DNA of 64,000 nt, counting the filler, from Reclinomonas americana ATCC 50394 (lineage: Eukaryota), in NCBI GenBank assembly GCA_048213135.1. It is 18 parts of 18 records of this genome, joined end to end, with 100 filler letters (N's around TTAATTAATTAA, not from the genome) between each part and the next. Parts side by side here need not be neighbours in the genome. Positions count along the whole stretch, not along the records: positions 36,906 to 38,060 come from AFZH01020473.1; positions 38,161 to 45,829 come from AFZH01020474.1; positions 45,930 to 50,680 come from AFZH01020475.1; 15 more parts are not named here. One strand, written 5' to 3'. Under the pieces are notes generated by a model that made no database searches, was not told where the DNA came from, and saw only the letters and a list, made by a program, of their open reading frames with translations. A program made the translations under genes and the position numbers. Shown here piece by piece: positions 36,996-48,490 of this stretch (position 1 is the first letter of the stretch; each line of letters starts with the position of its first letter).

Positions 36996-39230
36996 GAGAG
37001 TGTGTGTTAGAGTAAGTGTCTCTGTCCGTGTGTGTGTCGTCAAAGGAGAGAGTGCGTGCGCGTGAATGGCGATGATTTTGCGTGTGTTGGGCGGGTGGTC
37101 GTTTGTTCGATCGATTGATGGTGAGAGGCGCGCAACTTTTTCCTTGCGTGTGGTTTGTTTGTTTCGTTTGGTGCGGTGGATAGAGGAGAGTGAGAGGGAG
37201 AGTGTAGGTGGGGAGGAAGGTGTGTGGCGAAGGAGAGGAAGAGAAAAAACACGCTGTTTTTCCGGGCTCCAGTTTTGGACCGATATCGGTATATTTTCGC
37301 GCGCTGCTTTACCAGGCGGTCTGTCTATTCCTTCTCCTTCTCCCGCCTTTCTCTCTCTCTGTCTGTCTTTGTGCACTCACCGACGCATCATCATCGTCTT
37401 CCTCGCGTTCCTCCTCATCACTATATATCTCGTGACATTCGCTCGCGTGATGACTTGCTCGCTGCTGCCGAGGCAGGTCGCGAGGAGAGCATGAGAGAGT
37501 GTGTTAGAGTGAGTGTCTGTCTCTGTCCGTGTGTGTGTCGTCGAAGGAGAGAGTGCGTGCGCGTGAATGGCGATGATTTTGTGTGTTGGGCGGGTGGTCG
37601 TTTGTTCGATCGATTGATGGTGAGAGGCGCGCAACTTTTTCCTTGTGCGTGGCCTGCTTGTTTTATTGAGTGAGGTGGCGAGTAAGGAGTGAAAGGAACA
37701 GTGTTAGTGGGGAGGAGAGTGTGTGGTGGAAGAGAGGAAGAGAAAACACGCTGTTTTTCCTGGCTCCAGTTTTGGACCGATATCGGTATATTTTCGCGCG
37801 CTGCTTTACCAGGCGGTCTCTCTCTTCCTTCTCCTTTATCCCGACTTTCTCTCTCTCTGTCTTTGTGCACTCACCGACGCATCATCATCGTCATCCTCGC
37901 GTTCCTCCTCATCGCTGTCTCTTGACATGCGTTCGCGTGATGACTTGCTCGCTGCTGCTGAGGCAGGTCGCGAGGAGAGCATGAGAGTGTGAGTTAGAGT
38001 GAGTGTCTCTGTCTGTGTGTGCGTTGTCAAAGGAGAGTGTGTGTGTGTGTGATGGAAGTANNNNNNNNNNNNNNNNNNNNNNNNNNNNNNNNNNNNNNNN
38101 NNNNTTAATTAATTAANNNNNNNNNNNNNNNNNNNNNNNNNNNNNNNNNNNNNNNNNNNNTAGCTCATTGATCGACTCCGGCCAGGACGGCTTTACCGTG
38201 GATCGGCACTGGCGGAGCGAGAATCGGCGCACGAGGGCTTGATATCGGTGCGGTTGCGAGTGTGCTCCAGCGGTGAGCACTCCGGCGGGAGCCAGGATCG
38301 TGACCAGCGGGCCGCACACACGCTCGAGGGAGGGTTTTGCTGGTCACATTGCTTGACCGGCCCCTCTCGAGGCCCGATCTAAGCGAAGGCATGTAAAATA
38401 AAGTCAAACTATAAGTCGGTTGTGGTTGGGGTGCATCGCTGTCGGTGTTGAGTCGAGTAGAGAGTGCCACGTTAGTGACGGTGCTGTCCAGTGGTGGACT
38501 GGTGGTGGCAGTGGAGGACACTACAATTGGTTGTCGAGACTGATAAGTGTGGAGCAAGCTCAAATACGGAACTCTCTCCAAACGTAGTCAGGAGAGTGCG
38601 TGTGAATGGCGATGATTTTTGTGTGTGGGCGGGTGGTCGTTTGTTCGATCGATTGATGGTGAGAGGCGCGCAATTTTTTCCTTGTGTGTGGCTTGCTTGT
38701 TTTGTATGCTGCCGTGGAAAGAGGAGATTGAAGGGGAGAGTGTGGGTGGGGAGGAGAGCGTGTGGTGGAAGAGAGGGAGAGAGAAGCACGCTATTTTTCC
38801 TCACTCACCGACGCATCATCATCGTCTTCCTCGCGTTCCTCCTCATCGCTGTCTCTTGACATGCGCTCGCGTGATGACTTGCTCGCTGCTGCTGAGGCAG
38901 GGCGCGAGGAGAGCATGAGAGTGTGAGTGACTAAGTGAGTGTTTCTGTCTCTGTGCTGCTGTGCTTGGTGAGTGAGTGTGTGTGTGTGTGCGTGTGAATG
39001 GCGATGATCATGATTTTGTGTGTGGGCGGGTGGTCGTTTGTTCGATCGATTGATGGTGAGAGGCGCGCAACTTTTTCCTTGCGTGTGGCTTGCTTGTTTT
39101 CTTTGATAAGTTGGCGAGTAAGGAGTGAAAGGAACAGTGTTAGTGGGGACGAGAGTGTGTGGTGGAAGAGAGGAAGAGAAAGCACGCTGTTTTCCGGGCT
39201 CCAGTTTTGGACCGATATCGGTATATTGTT
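36906..39230 (-). repeat. Tandem amplification (about 490-bp unit, 4 or more copies) of the promoter and first exon of the coiled-coil gene
   Basis: ATG of MLSSRPASAAAS.. at 36995, 37492, 37982 and 38916; shared blocks GGTCGTTTGTTCGATCGATTGATGGTGAGAGGCGCGCAA and CTCCAGTTTTGGACCGATATCGGTATATT. Confidence 0.85.
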
Positions 39231-39639
39231 CGTTGTTTTCGAACAACAATTCATTCACCAACAAAAAAGCAACAGCTAGCTGTCTTGATGACCAAGTCTC
39301 CATTTCCATTTGCAACTGTATTCCACTGCTGTACATCTCGCTGCAGTCTTTTGTGGATTTTCTGTTCAACCACGCTTCTTACGGGCATATGCATGTCGCG
39401 GCCGCGGTGCGCATGCATGCGCAGCGCTATAGCTAGCTGCAGTTCGTATTGAAAATTTCTTGCTTCTGCAGGTGCACGTTTGCATATCTGCTTCTTGACC
39501 CCAATACGGTGATCATCATGCTCTTCTCGGCTTGGTTAAACTTGCAGGATCGCTGTCACACAGGAAACCCACCAGCATTGTGACAACTCCATTGACAGGA
39601 ATTTGTGAAACGCGACTCCGAACAGAACACACGCGCGCA

Positions 39640-42600
39640 ATGTCGGTGTGTGTTTGTTTATTCTCTCTTCCCTCATTCTGTGTGTGCTCACCTTGTTTGT
39701 GCGACAGTTCTCTGTGAATGTGAGTGCGGCGCATGATTCGTCGCTGACGGTGGTGGTGGACGGCATGTCGGCCATGTCCACTCTCGCGGACTTGCTGCGC
39801 GAGGCCACACGCTTGCTGCGCGAGAAGAGTGGAGATGGGGCAGTGGAGATTGTGGGAGTGGAGAAGCCGAGTGCATTTGACATTGAGGACGTGGGAGAGC
39901 TGAAGTTGAAATCGCTCGGCATGAACTCATCCACTCATCTCGTCGTCCATGTGAGCGTTCGCGTGGCACCGCAGTCGAGTGGTGAAAGTGGCAGTGTGAG
40001 TGTAAGGTGCGTGTGGGATGTGTGTGAATCATCTCTCTGCATAACATGCATCTCTCATGCCAACGTACAGCAACTCGGGGCGAATGACTCGGTTAGTTTT
40101 GCTTGACTTTGTCATCCTTCTCTCCCCTCCTTGCTCTTCATTCAATGCGAGTCTGTGCTGACTGTGTCTGCGTGTGCACGCGCAGCATGATCAACTTCAA
40201 CCGCATCAACATGGCCTTTGAGGTGGTGGAGGAGGCCGTGCGTCTGCGCTGTCAATGCGCACTGGCGCAGTTCAGTCGTGATCATCCCGACTTTGATGTG
40301 CGGGCGTGGGTGCCGAGTTCCACACCTGCTGGCATGGATGTGGCGGCAGTGAAGGCATGGCATGAGCGCCATGCTCCACTCCATCCCGGGCGAGTCAGGC
40401 TGTTCGAGGAGAAGCAGTCTGTGGCGTTGGCCTGGCGTGCTGCATTCGACGCCGACCCCTCTACCGACCCTCCGTGTGATGGTTTCGACACGACGGCACT
40501 TACCTCCATCATGCTATATGGTGGCTTTGTTGAGGATGGCGATCGCAAGCTGTTGCTACTTGACAATGGCGATGAACGGAAGGCTGTAGAAGAGCTGAAC
40601 GACGTGAGAAAGGCGTCGGCGCACAAGGACCTGATGATGACCGATGCCACTGTGCAGCAGTACCTTGGTGACGGTGGTGTTTTCCTCTCCATCCTCTCTC
40701 GACTGCAATTGACGGCCGACGAGCATGCTCAATTCTCCGCTCGTGTCTACGAGGCGCGTCACGCTCGACTAATCGTGGATACATTCGAGGAGCGACTGCA
40801 TCGACTGGCTGTACGCGAGCTCTCGTTCTACCAGCACGACGAAAGTGTGCACAAGGACTTGCAGATGTATGTGCCACTGCTGTGTTCACGTGAGTGTGAC
40901 GTCTCGTCAAGTGACAAGATGACGGATCTGTTGACGGAGGTGGCTGTTTTCCTCTCCGACACCGACACCACCCAGAATGTGTTGGTGTTGTTTGGCAACA
41001 GTGGAGCCGGCAAGACCACTACCATGTCCGTGCTGGCTGAGCGAGCTTGGCAACAATGGCAAACGGGAGAGAGCAGACGAATGCCTGTGCGTGTGCCTCT
41101 TGGCGCACTGCGCAATGCCGATGAGCGGTTGTTGGAGGAGGCATTGGGGCGACTGTCACACGAGTTGGGATTCAGTGACACGGATGTGCGACGATTGAAG
41201 GAGGAACCACTGCTGTTGTTGCTTGACGGATACGATGAATTGTACCGTGGTGTAAATCTTTTTGTCAATAACCAGCTGGATGTGTGTCGAGATGTGAAGG
41301 TGATTATCACCTGTCGAGGCGATTACGCACTGACGGCGCTGGGTGGCGCGACGCAGTATCGACGGTTGTTTGCTCCTGTGGATGCACGTGGACAGTTGTG
41401 CATGCAAAAGCTGATGCAGCGACACATTGCGCCGTTCAACAAGGAGCAGATTGAGGAGTATTTCATGCGACTGGTGCGAATGGGTGGTGATGATGGTGAG
41501 GCGCGGTGGATTACTGCCGAGGAGTACAGTCGTGCACTGACGAGTGTACATGGACTGGATGCACTGGTGTCGAATCCGTTCCTGCTGGCAGTGGTGACTC
41601 GCGTGTTGCCGCAGTTGGTGGCAAGTGGCGTGCAGCGACCAACTCGCTTCGACGTGTATGACCGTTTCATTCGACAGTGGATTGAAAGGGAGCAGGAGAG
41701 GCAGACGCGTCTTGGTGCGGAGCGCGTACCGAGTGAGGAGACGTGTCTCTCGTTCTGTGAGGGACTGGCACGGTTGATGCATGAGAGGAATGTGGTGCGT
41801 GTGTCTGTGACAGAGAGTCGGTCAGGTGATGGTGGTGGAGAGGAGGATGACTTTGGTGGTGCACCACTCACCTCGCGACGAGCGGAAGAGGGACCGTTTG
41901 ACAAGTTTCTCGGTCACAAAAACCAGCATGTGCGAGTGTGCTGTCCGATTGTGCGACGGTATGGGACGACGCAGTGGGGTTTCGTGCATCTGTCGTTGCT
42001 GGAGCACTGTGTGGCACGGCATGTGTTTGCGTGGGAGACGTGGGATGAGGAGAGGAGGTTGACGATGGAAGATGTGCAGCAGCATGTGCTGGGAGTGCGA
42101 TTGCTGAATGATCGACCATCGTTGGTGGAGCAGATGGCCGAGGTGGTGCGACGATCTCCTCGATTGCAGGCGAGACTGTGGGAGGTGATTGAGTTGTCGC
42201 GAGAGGTGGACGAAGAGCGATTGGTGACGGCGGCAGCGAATGCAGCAACGATGTTGTGTGTGGCACAAGTGTCGTTCAGCGGAAGGGATCTGTCGGGTGT
42301 GCGAGTGAGGGGTGCGGATTTGAGGGATGCGGTGATGCACATGACGGTGTGGAGGGGAGCAGATTTGCGAGGGGTGAATGTGTGCATGGCGTATGCGAGG
42401 GAGGCGGATTTCACGGGGGCGGATGTGACGGATGTGAAATGGCCGAGGAAGCCGATGGTGGGACATACTGGAGGAGTGCGTTCTGTTGCTGTTTCTCCGG
42501 ATAGTCAGCACATTGTGAGTGGCAGTGATGACAAGACGGTACGGGTGTGGTCGGTGGCAAGTGGCGAGGAGGTGCGCCGACTTGAGGGCCATGCGAGAGG

Positions 42601-44407
42601 GGTATGGGCAGTGGCAGTGACACCTGATGGCCAGCACATTGTGAGCGGCAGTGGGGACAAAACTGTGCGAGTGTGGTCGCTGGCAAGTGGCGAGGAGGTG
42701 CGCCGACTGGAAGGCCACACGAGCGAAGTGCGTGCAGTGGCCGCTGCACCCGATGGTCAGCACATTGTGAGTGGGGGCAATGACAAGACGGTACGATTGT
42801 GGTCGCTCACCAGCGAAGCAGAAGTGCAAAGGATGGAGGGGCACACCAGATCGGTGTGGTCTGTCGCTGTGGCTTTCGATGGAAGGTTCATTGTGAGTGG
42901 GAGTGTCGACTACACAGTTCGAGTGTGGTCGGTGGCGAGTGGAGAAGAAGTGTGCCGATATGTGGGACACACTGGCTGGGTAACATCTGTTGCAGTGACG
43001 CCCGATAGCCAGCACATTGTTAGTGGAAGCCGTGATGCAACTGTGCGAGTGTGGTCTTTTGCGAGAAGAGAAGAGGTGCGACGGTTCGAAGGACACGCTG
43101 ACTCTGTGGATTCTGTCGCTGTAACTGCAGATGGTGAACACGTTGTGAGCAGCGGTGGCTGGCCTGATCAGACTGTGCGTATGTGGCTACTGGTCAGTGG
43201 AGATGAAGTGCGACGGTTTGATGGACACGCACGTGAAGCATGGTCTGTCGCTGTCACCCCCAACGGCCAGCATATTATAAGTGGTAGCTTAGACAAGACA
43301 GTGCGACTTTGGTCGTTTGTGGGCGATCAAGAAGTGCGGCGGCAAGAGGGCCACGCTGGCTCAGCGAATTCTGTTGTGCTCACTCTCGATGGCCAGTACA
43401 TTGTGAGTGCAGGCGATGACGAGACGGTGAGAATGTGGTCGCTGGCAACTGGTGAGGAACTTTGGAAGGTGGCTGGTCAGTCGTCGGAGCTCGTAATGTC
43501 TCACAGTGGTCAGCACATAGTGAGTGGACGTGTGGACGGGGCTGTGCGAGTATGGTCCGTAGCTAGTGGGGAAGAGGTACGGCGATTTGAAGGTCACACA
43601 GACTCGGTTCGGACTGTCGCCATCACCCCCGATGGGCAGTGCGTACTGAGCGGGAGTGATGACGGGACAGTCCGCGTGTGGTCACTGGCGAGTGGAAAAG
43701 AAATGCGACGATTGGAGGGACTCGCTGAAGCAGTGACTTCTCTCATTGTCACTCCGGATGGTCAGTTTGTTGTGAGTGGCAGTGCAAACACCACGGTGCG
43801 AGTGTGGTCGCTGGCGAGTGGAGAGCAAGTACATCGGTTGAGGGGCCATCGTGGATCTGTGTTTTCCGTTGCTGTAACTCCCGATGGCGAGTATGCTGTG
43901 AGTGGGAGCTATGACAAGACAGTGCGAGTTTGGTCGCTATCATGCGGTGACGAAGTAAGACGACTGGAGGGTCATTCTCTCGCGGTGGTGTCTGTTGACA
44001 TCACTGTCGATGGTCAATACGTCGTGAGCGGGAGCCGGGACAACTCAGTACGAGTGTGGTCACTGACGAGCGGGCTGGAAGTGCGACGGTTGGTAGGTCA
44101 CACTGCCTGGATGCGATATGTCGCCTTTACTCATGATGGTCATCATATTGTGAATGGCAACGAAGACGGCACAGTGCGCGTGTGGTCACTGGCAAGTGGA
44201 GAAGAGGTACCGCTTGACGAACAGGCAGATCTCGTGTTTCCTGTGGCTTGTCGTGGCGCTTTCCTGCAATACTTGGCATTTGGTACTGTCTACACCGCAC
44301 GGGTGTGTGGCAAATCGATTCATCTGATTCGTCGAAACACTCACGGACTGGTAGTGCGCATTCTCGGTACCGTGTTGCCCGATTTTACTGACGCGCTGGG
44401 TGTTTAG
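39640..44407 (+). CDS. NLR-like STAND protein, copy 2: Ubl-like, HEPN-like, NACHT, pentapeptide repeats, 14 WD40
   Basis: Same three-exon layout as copy 1 (ATGTCG at 39640, exon 2 about 39708-40006, exon 3 about 40187-44407). Motifs RKASAH (40607-40624), GNSGAGKTT, LLDGYDEL, pentapeptide region and 14 WD repeats. Confidence 0.9.
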
Positions 44408-44504
44408 GATGCCGGAAGGGAGATATTTGTGATTGAAGTCAAGCAATATTGTCAACAAATGACTGCACTTGCCATTCGCGCTTTGGTCTCCCCTCCTCCA
44501 CTAT

Positions 44505-45929
44505 CTACTGCCCCCTCATAAACAAATTCACAAACGGCGACTGCCGAACCACCACCCCCCGCCCCTCCCCCTCCTCCACCACCGGCGAGCACATCACGTT
44601 CGCCGGCCTGGTAAACGGCCGCTCACCCAGCATCACCGACCGCAAGAAGCTGCCAAAAAGGAGTCAGCCCTCACACACACCACGCACTCACCCACTCCTC
44701 CACGTCACGCAACTAAATGTACGACACTTGACTGCCGTCGGCGGTCGTGGATCCTACCCACTCATTGCTGGCCTGCGCCGTGTACCACGTGCCGCCCCCA
44801 TATTGCGCCTCCACCCGCCACGAGTTGCACAGCACGCTGTTGAACATGGCAGTGCCGAGGTAGGTGGCCGTGCTGAGAAACGTCGGCGGAAAGAACACGC
44901 TCGGATACTTGGTGGAGAAGCACGCCACCGAGGCGGCACCCGGCGTCAAGTAGTACAGCTCGGTGGTGGCCACTCCGTCGGCAGAGTATGTGATGAATGT
45001 CTGAGGGGCGAAGGGAGGTGAGGTGCCACACCAGGTGTGTGAGAAAGAGAGGAGAGGACCTGGTCGTCGACGTAGGCCACGGAGCTCGAGTTGATGTCGT
45101 TTGTGTCAATCGCCGACATGCGTCTGCAGGCACTCGTGAGAGAGAGGAAGGGAGGGAAGGAGGGAGGGATGGAAAGAGAAGTGAGAGAGGTGGAAAGGAA
45201 AAAGAATGGACGTAGAAGGGAAAGAGCAACGGATTGTGAGGAAGAAGAAGGCGGGAATGTGCGATAGAGGGAGTGAGCAGCACAGACAAGAAGTGTGAAA
45301 GAGCGACAGACGGACACGAGACGAGAGGAGGAGAAGATGGAAAAGCAGAATATCAACAACCACAATTAATTGTGAAAAACGAGAAGAAAAACCCAGTTGA
45401 AAGCAGGAACAGGAGAGAGGAATGGAGACCAAGTGAGAGGAAGAGAGGGAGGGAATGAAGGGGGTGGAGGAGGGATGGACACGAAAGGAGAGCCAAAGTC
45501 GTCTGCAGACAACAGGAGAAGGGAGAGAAGCAGAGACAACAGAAGAGAAAGGAAATAAGAACAACAGAAAGGGAAGAAGCAAACAAGCGGAGAAGGAATG
45601 AGGAACACTGAAAGGAGAGAGAGAGAGAGCGCGCGAGAGGGAGAGAGAGAGAGGAATGAGGAGGAGAAGGAGATAACAAGAAGGAAAAGAAGAAGACGAG
45701 GAGAAAGAAAAGAGCAGGAGCATGATGAGGCTGATGAGGAGGAGGAGAAGGAGAATGAAAGTGGGAGAACAAGAACAAGGAAAAGAAGCATATATAGAGT
45801 AAAGAAGTGAAGATCAACAACAACAACAANNNNNNNNNNNNNNNNNNNNNNNNNNNNNNNNNNNNNNNNNNNNTTAATTAATTAANNNNNNNNNNNNNNN
45901 NNNNNNNNNNNNNNNNNNNNNNNNNNNNN

Positions 45930-45977
<48 letters not shown>

Positions 45978-46211
45978 CCCTTCCACGCACTGATTCACAG
46001 CATCATAATACGCCTGACTGGCAATGGTGGCATTGACAAAGCCCGGCGGGCAAAACACCGACTCACGCACACACACCGACACCATCACCGCATGGTATGT
46101 GAGCGGGAATGCAGGTGGAGTGGGCGCAGCAGAGGTCACCAGAGGAGCGCACAAGGCGACAGTGAGGAGGAGGAGAAGGAGAGAGAGGAGAAGGAGAGAG
46201 CCTCGCTGCAT
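44505..46211 (-). CDS. Secreted ependymin-related (EPDR-like) protein
   Basis: Signal peptide MQRGSLLLLSLLLLLLTVALCAP, then PTPPAFPLTY, YYDAVNQ, FPPTFLSTATYLGTAMFNSVLCNSW, which resemble protist ependymin-like proteins; last exon ends FMRGQ* at 44505. Confidence 0.55.
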
Positions 46212-46826
46212 GATTGGTGATGTGTTCGAAGCAAGTCCTGCGCTGAACGTAGGAACAGGGAGGAGGAGGAGAAGGAGAAGGAGAAGGAGAAGGAGGAGAG
46301 GCAGAATGAGAAAGAGAAGACATAGAATGCGAAGAAGAGGAGCTCGAGGAGGAGGATCGATATCGCGATCGATATCGGATGTATAAACCGGATCCGGAGA
46401 AGACGGCAGAGGAGGAGAAGGATGAGGAGGAGGTGGAGCTTACACTGTTATTAATGGCGGAACTGCTGCAGTGAACCATCCCTTCTTCTCCTTCTCCGAT
46501 CGTCGATATCGATATCACGATCCTCGCTGCGTGTTCCTCCTCTGCGAATTCTCCTTCTCCTCCTTCGTCTTCTCCATCTTCTGTTTTGCATTCTTCTCCT
46601 TATCTTTCTCCTTGATCGCCACTGTGTGTCACTGCATTTGTTCCTGCTTGCTAGCGCTGTCTCTGACGTGCGATCACGACGTCGATCGCAAAGCCAGATG
46701 CACCTGAACGCGCTCAGAGCACAGTGTGTCGCATCATGAGCAAGCATACGCGACACACAACGGCATCTGCTGCAGCTTCACTCACAGAGCTTCGTCCTTG
46801 CGTGTCCTGCTCGTTGTGGTTTTTGC

Positions 46827-46950
46827 ATGTGGCGAGCGACACTTGTCGCCTTTGTTGTTGCTGTTGTTGTGACAGTGGCGACTGGCGATGAGGCAGTGGA
46901 GCATGCGGGAGGGATGAGCGATAGTGTGTCGAGTGCGCAGACGGATGGGT

Positions 46951-47028
<78 letters not shown>

Positions 47029-47083
47029 TGTGTTGAGTCTGCCTGGCTGATCCTCAGCGCGAGATATCTATCACAGGCGAAGA

Positions 47084-47131
<48 letters not shown>

Positions 47132-47202
47132 ACAGATGAGAGATGAAGGAGGAGCACTCTCTTCTCGTCGTTGTGGTTCCGAAGCCTTTTCTATCATGTA
47201 CA

Positions 47203-47238
<36 letters not shown>

Positions 47239-48459
47239 TGAGAGAGAGGAAGGAGAAGGAGAAGGAGAGTCTGTTGAGCTTGTTGACATCCGCTCTCAGT
47301 GGTTCCGAAAGGCGTTCTTTTTTTTTTTTCCTTCTTTCTTTCTTTCTCACTTTGTCTCTTTCTCGCTTTCTCTCTCACTTTGTCTCTTTCGCTCTCTCTC
47401 TCTGTCTCTTCCTCTCCCTCTCTCCTTCTCCCACTCTCGCTCTCTCTCTCTCTCTAACATACACACGGAGAGAGAGAGAGAGCAGAATGCAGCGGCTATC
47501 TCGCCCTCCTCCCTTGCTTACTTCCCCTCATCTCCCCTTCTCCATCCTTCCCCCTTCCCCTTCCCCCCTTCCCCCCTTTCCCTTTTCAGGCACCTCCCTC
47601 CCCCCTGCCACCCCTCCACCTCCCCCCACCTCCTCCTCCCCACCCGCCGCTTCCTCATCGGCGGCGGCTTCCGCGGCGGCCGCTTCAACAACCAACTACG
47701 CGACGTGGCCTCCCTCTACGCCCTCGCCGCCGCCACCAACCGCATCGCCGTCGTCTTCCCCTTTGCGCAACAAGTCGACGGCGTGCACACCTCCATTCGC
47801 GACCTGCTCGACATGAACGCACTCAACGACAACGGTGCGAATGAGTGTGCAGTGATGGACGACGAGGCGTTCAGGCCGCTGCTCGAGGCGCAGTTGGCGG
47901 CCGGGACGTGGAATTCCACCGTCCCGTGTCGCCGCTCCGACGGCCTGGTGTTTGTCGATCGGGCGGCCGTGCGTCGCTGGCGCCTGCGATGCGATCCGGC
48001 GTCGGCGAGCCCCTCGCCCGTCGTGCCCAAGTCGGGGCACACCACGCCGGTGGAGGATATGCGCAAGTGGATTGACGAGTGTTGCGTGGTATGGTTGGCG
48101 GAAGTGGGGGAGAGGGAGGTACTGACGGGTTGTGGTGCAGATGGCGACGCGCCTGTCATTTTTGTGGGCTCGCTGTATCGGCTGGCGATTTCGCATGATG
48201 CGTTCTTTGCGCGGTTGAGGCCGTCAAAGGCAATTGTGGAGGAAGTCAATGTGAGTAGCAGAAGGGAGAACGAGGGTGATCTCCTCGGCCACTCCAGCTT
48301 GTCTCTTTTCTGCCTCGCATTCATCAGCCATTCGTCATCCGCGTTCTGCTCCTTCTCGTCTCCTCGTGCTCTCCACTTACCGCACGCGTCCTTTTTCACT
48401 CCTTCTTGTCTCACTTCTCCTCCTCTCCAATCATTCAGCATCGTGCATCCTCTCTTTGT

Positions 48460-48490
<31 letters not shown>

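Noticed and set aside
28940..39640. Invertible segment flanked by the inverted NLR copies (shufflon-like)
   Set aside because: Homologous inversion is possible in principle, but the copies are diverged, no recombinase is present, and several gaps make orientation uncertain.
44405..44450. Stop-codon readthrough in NLR copy 2 (DAGREIFVIEV versus DVGDFIFPVAEV in copy 1)
   Set aside because: The similarity is too short and weak, and the region abuts the 3' end of the convergent gene.
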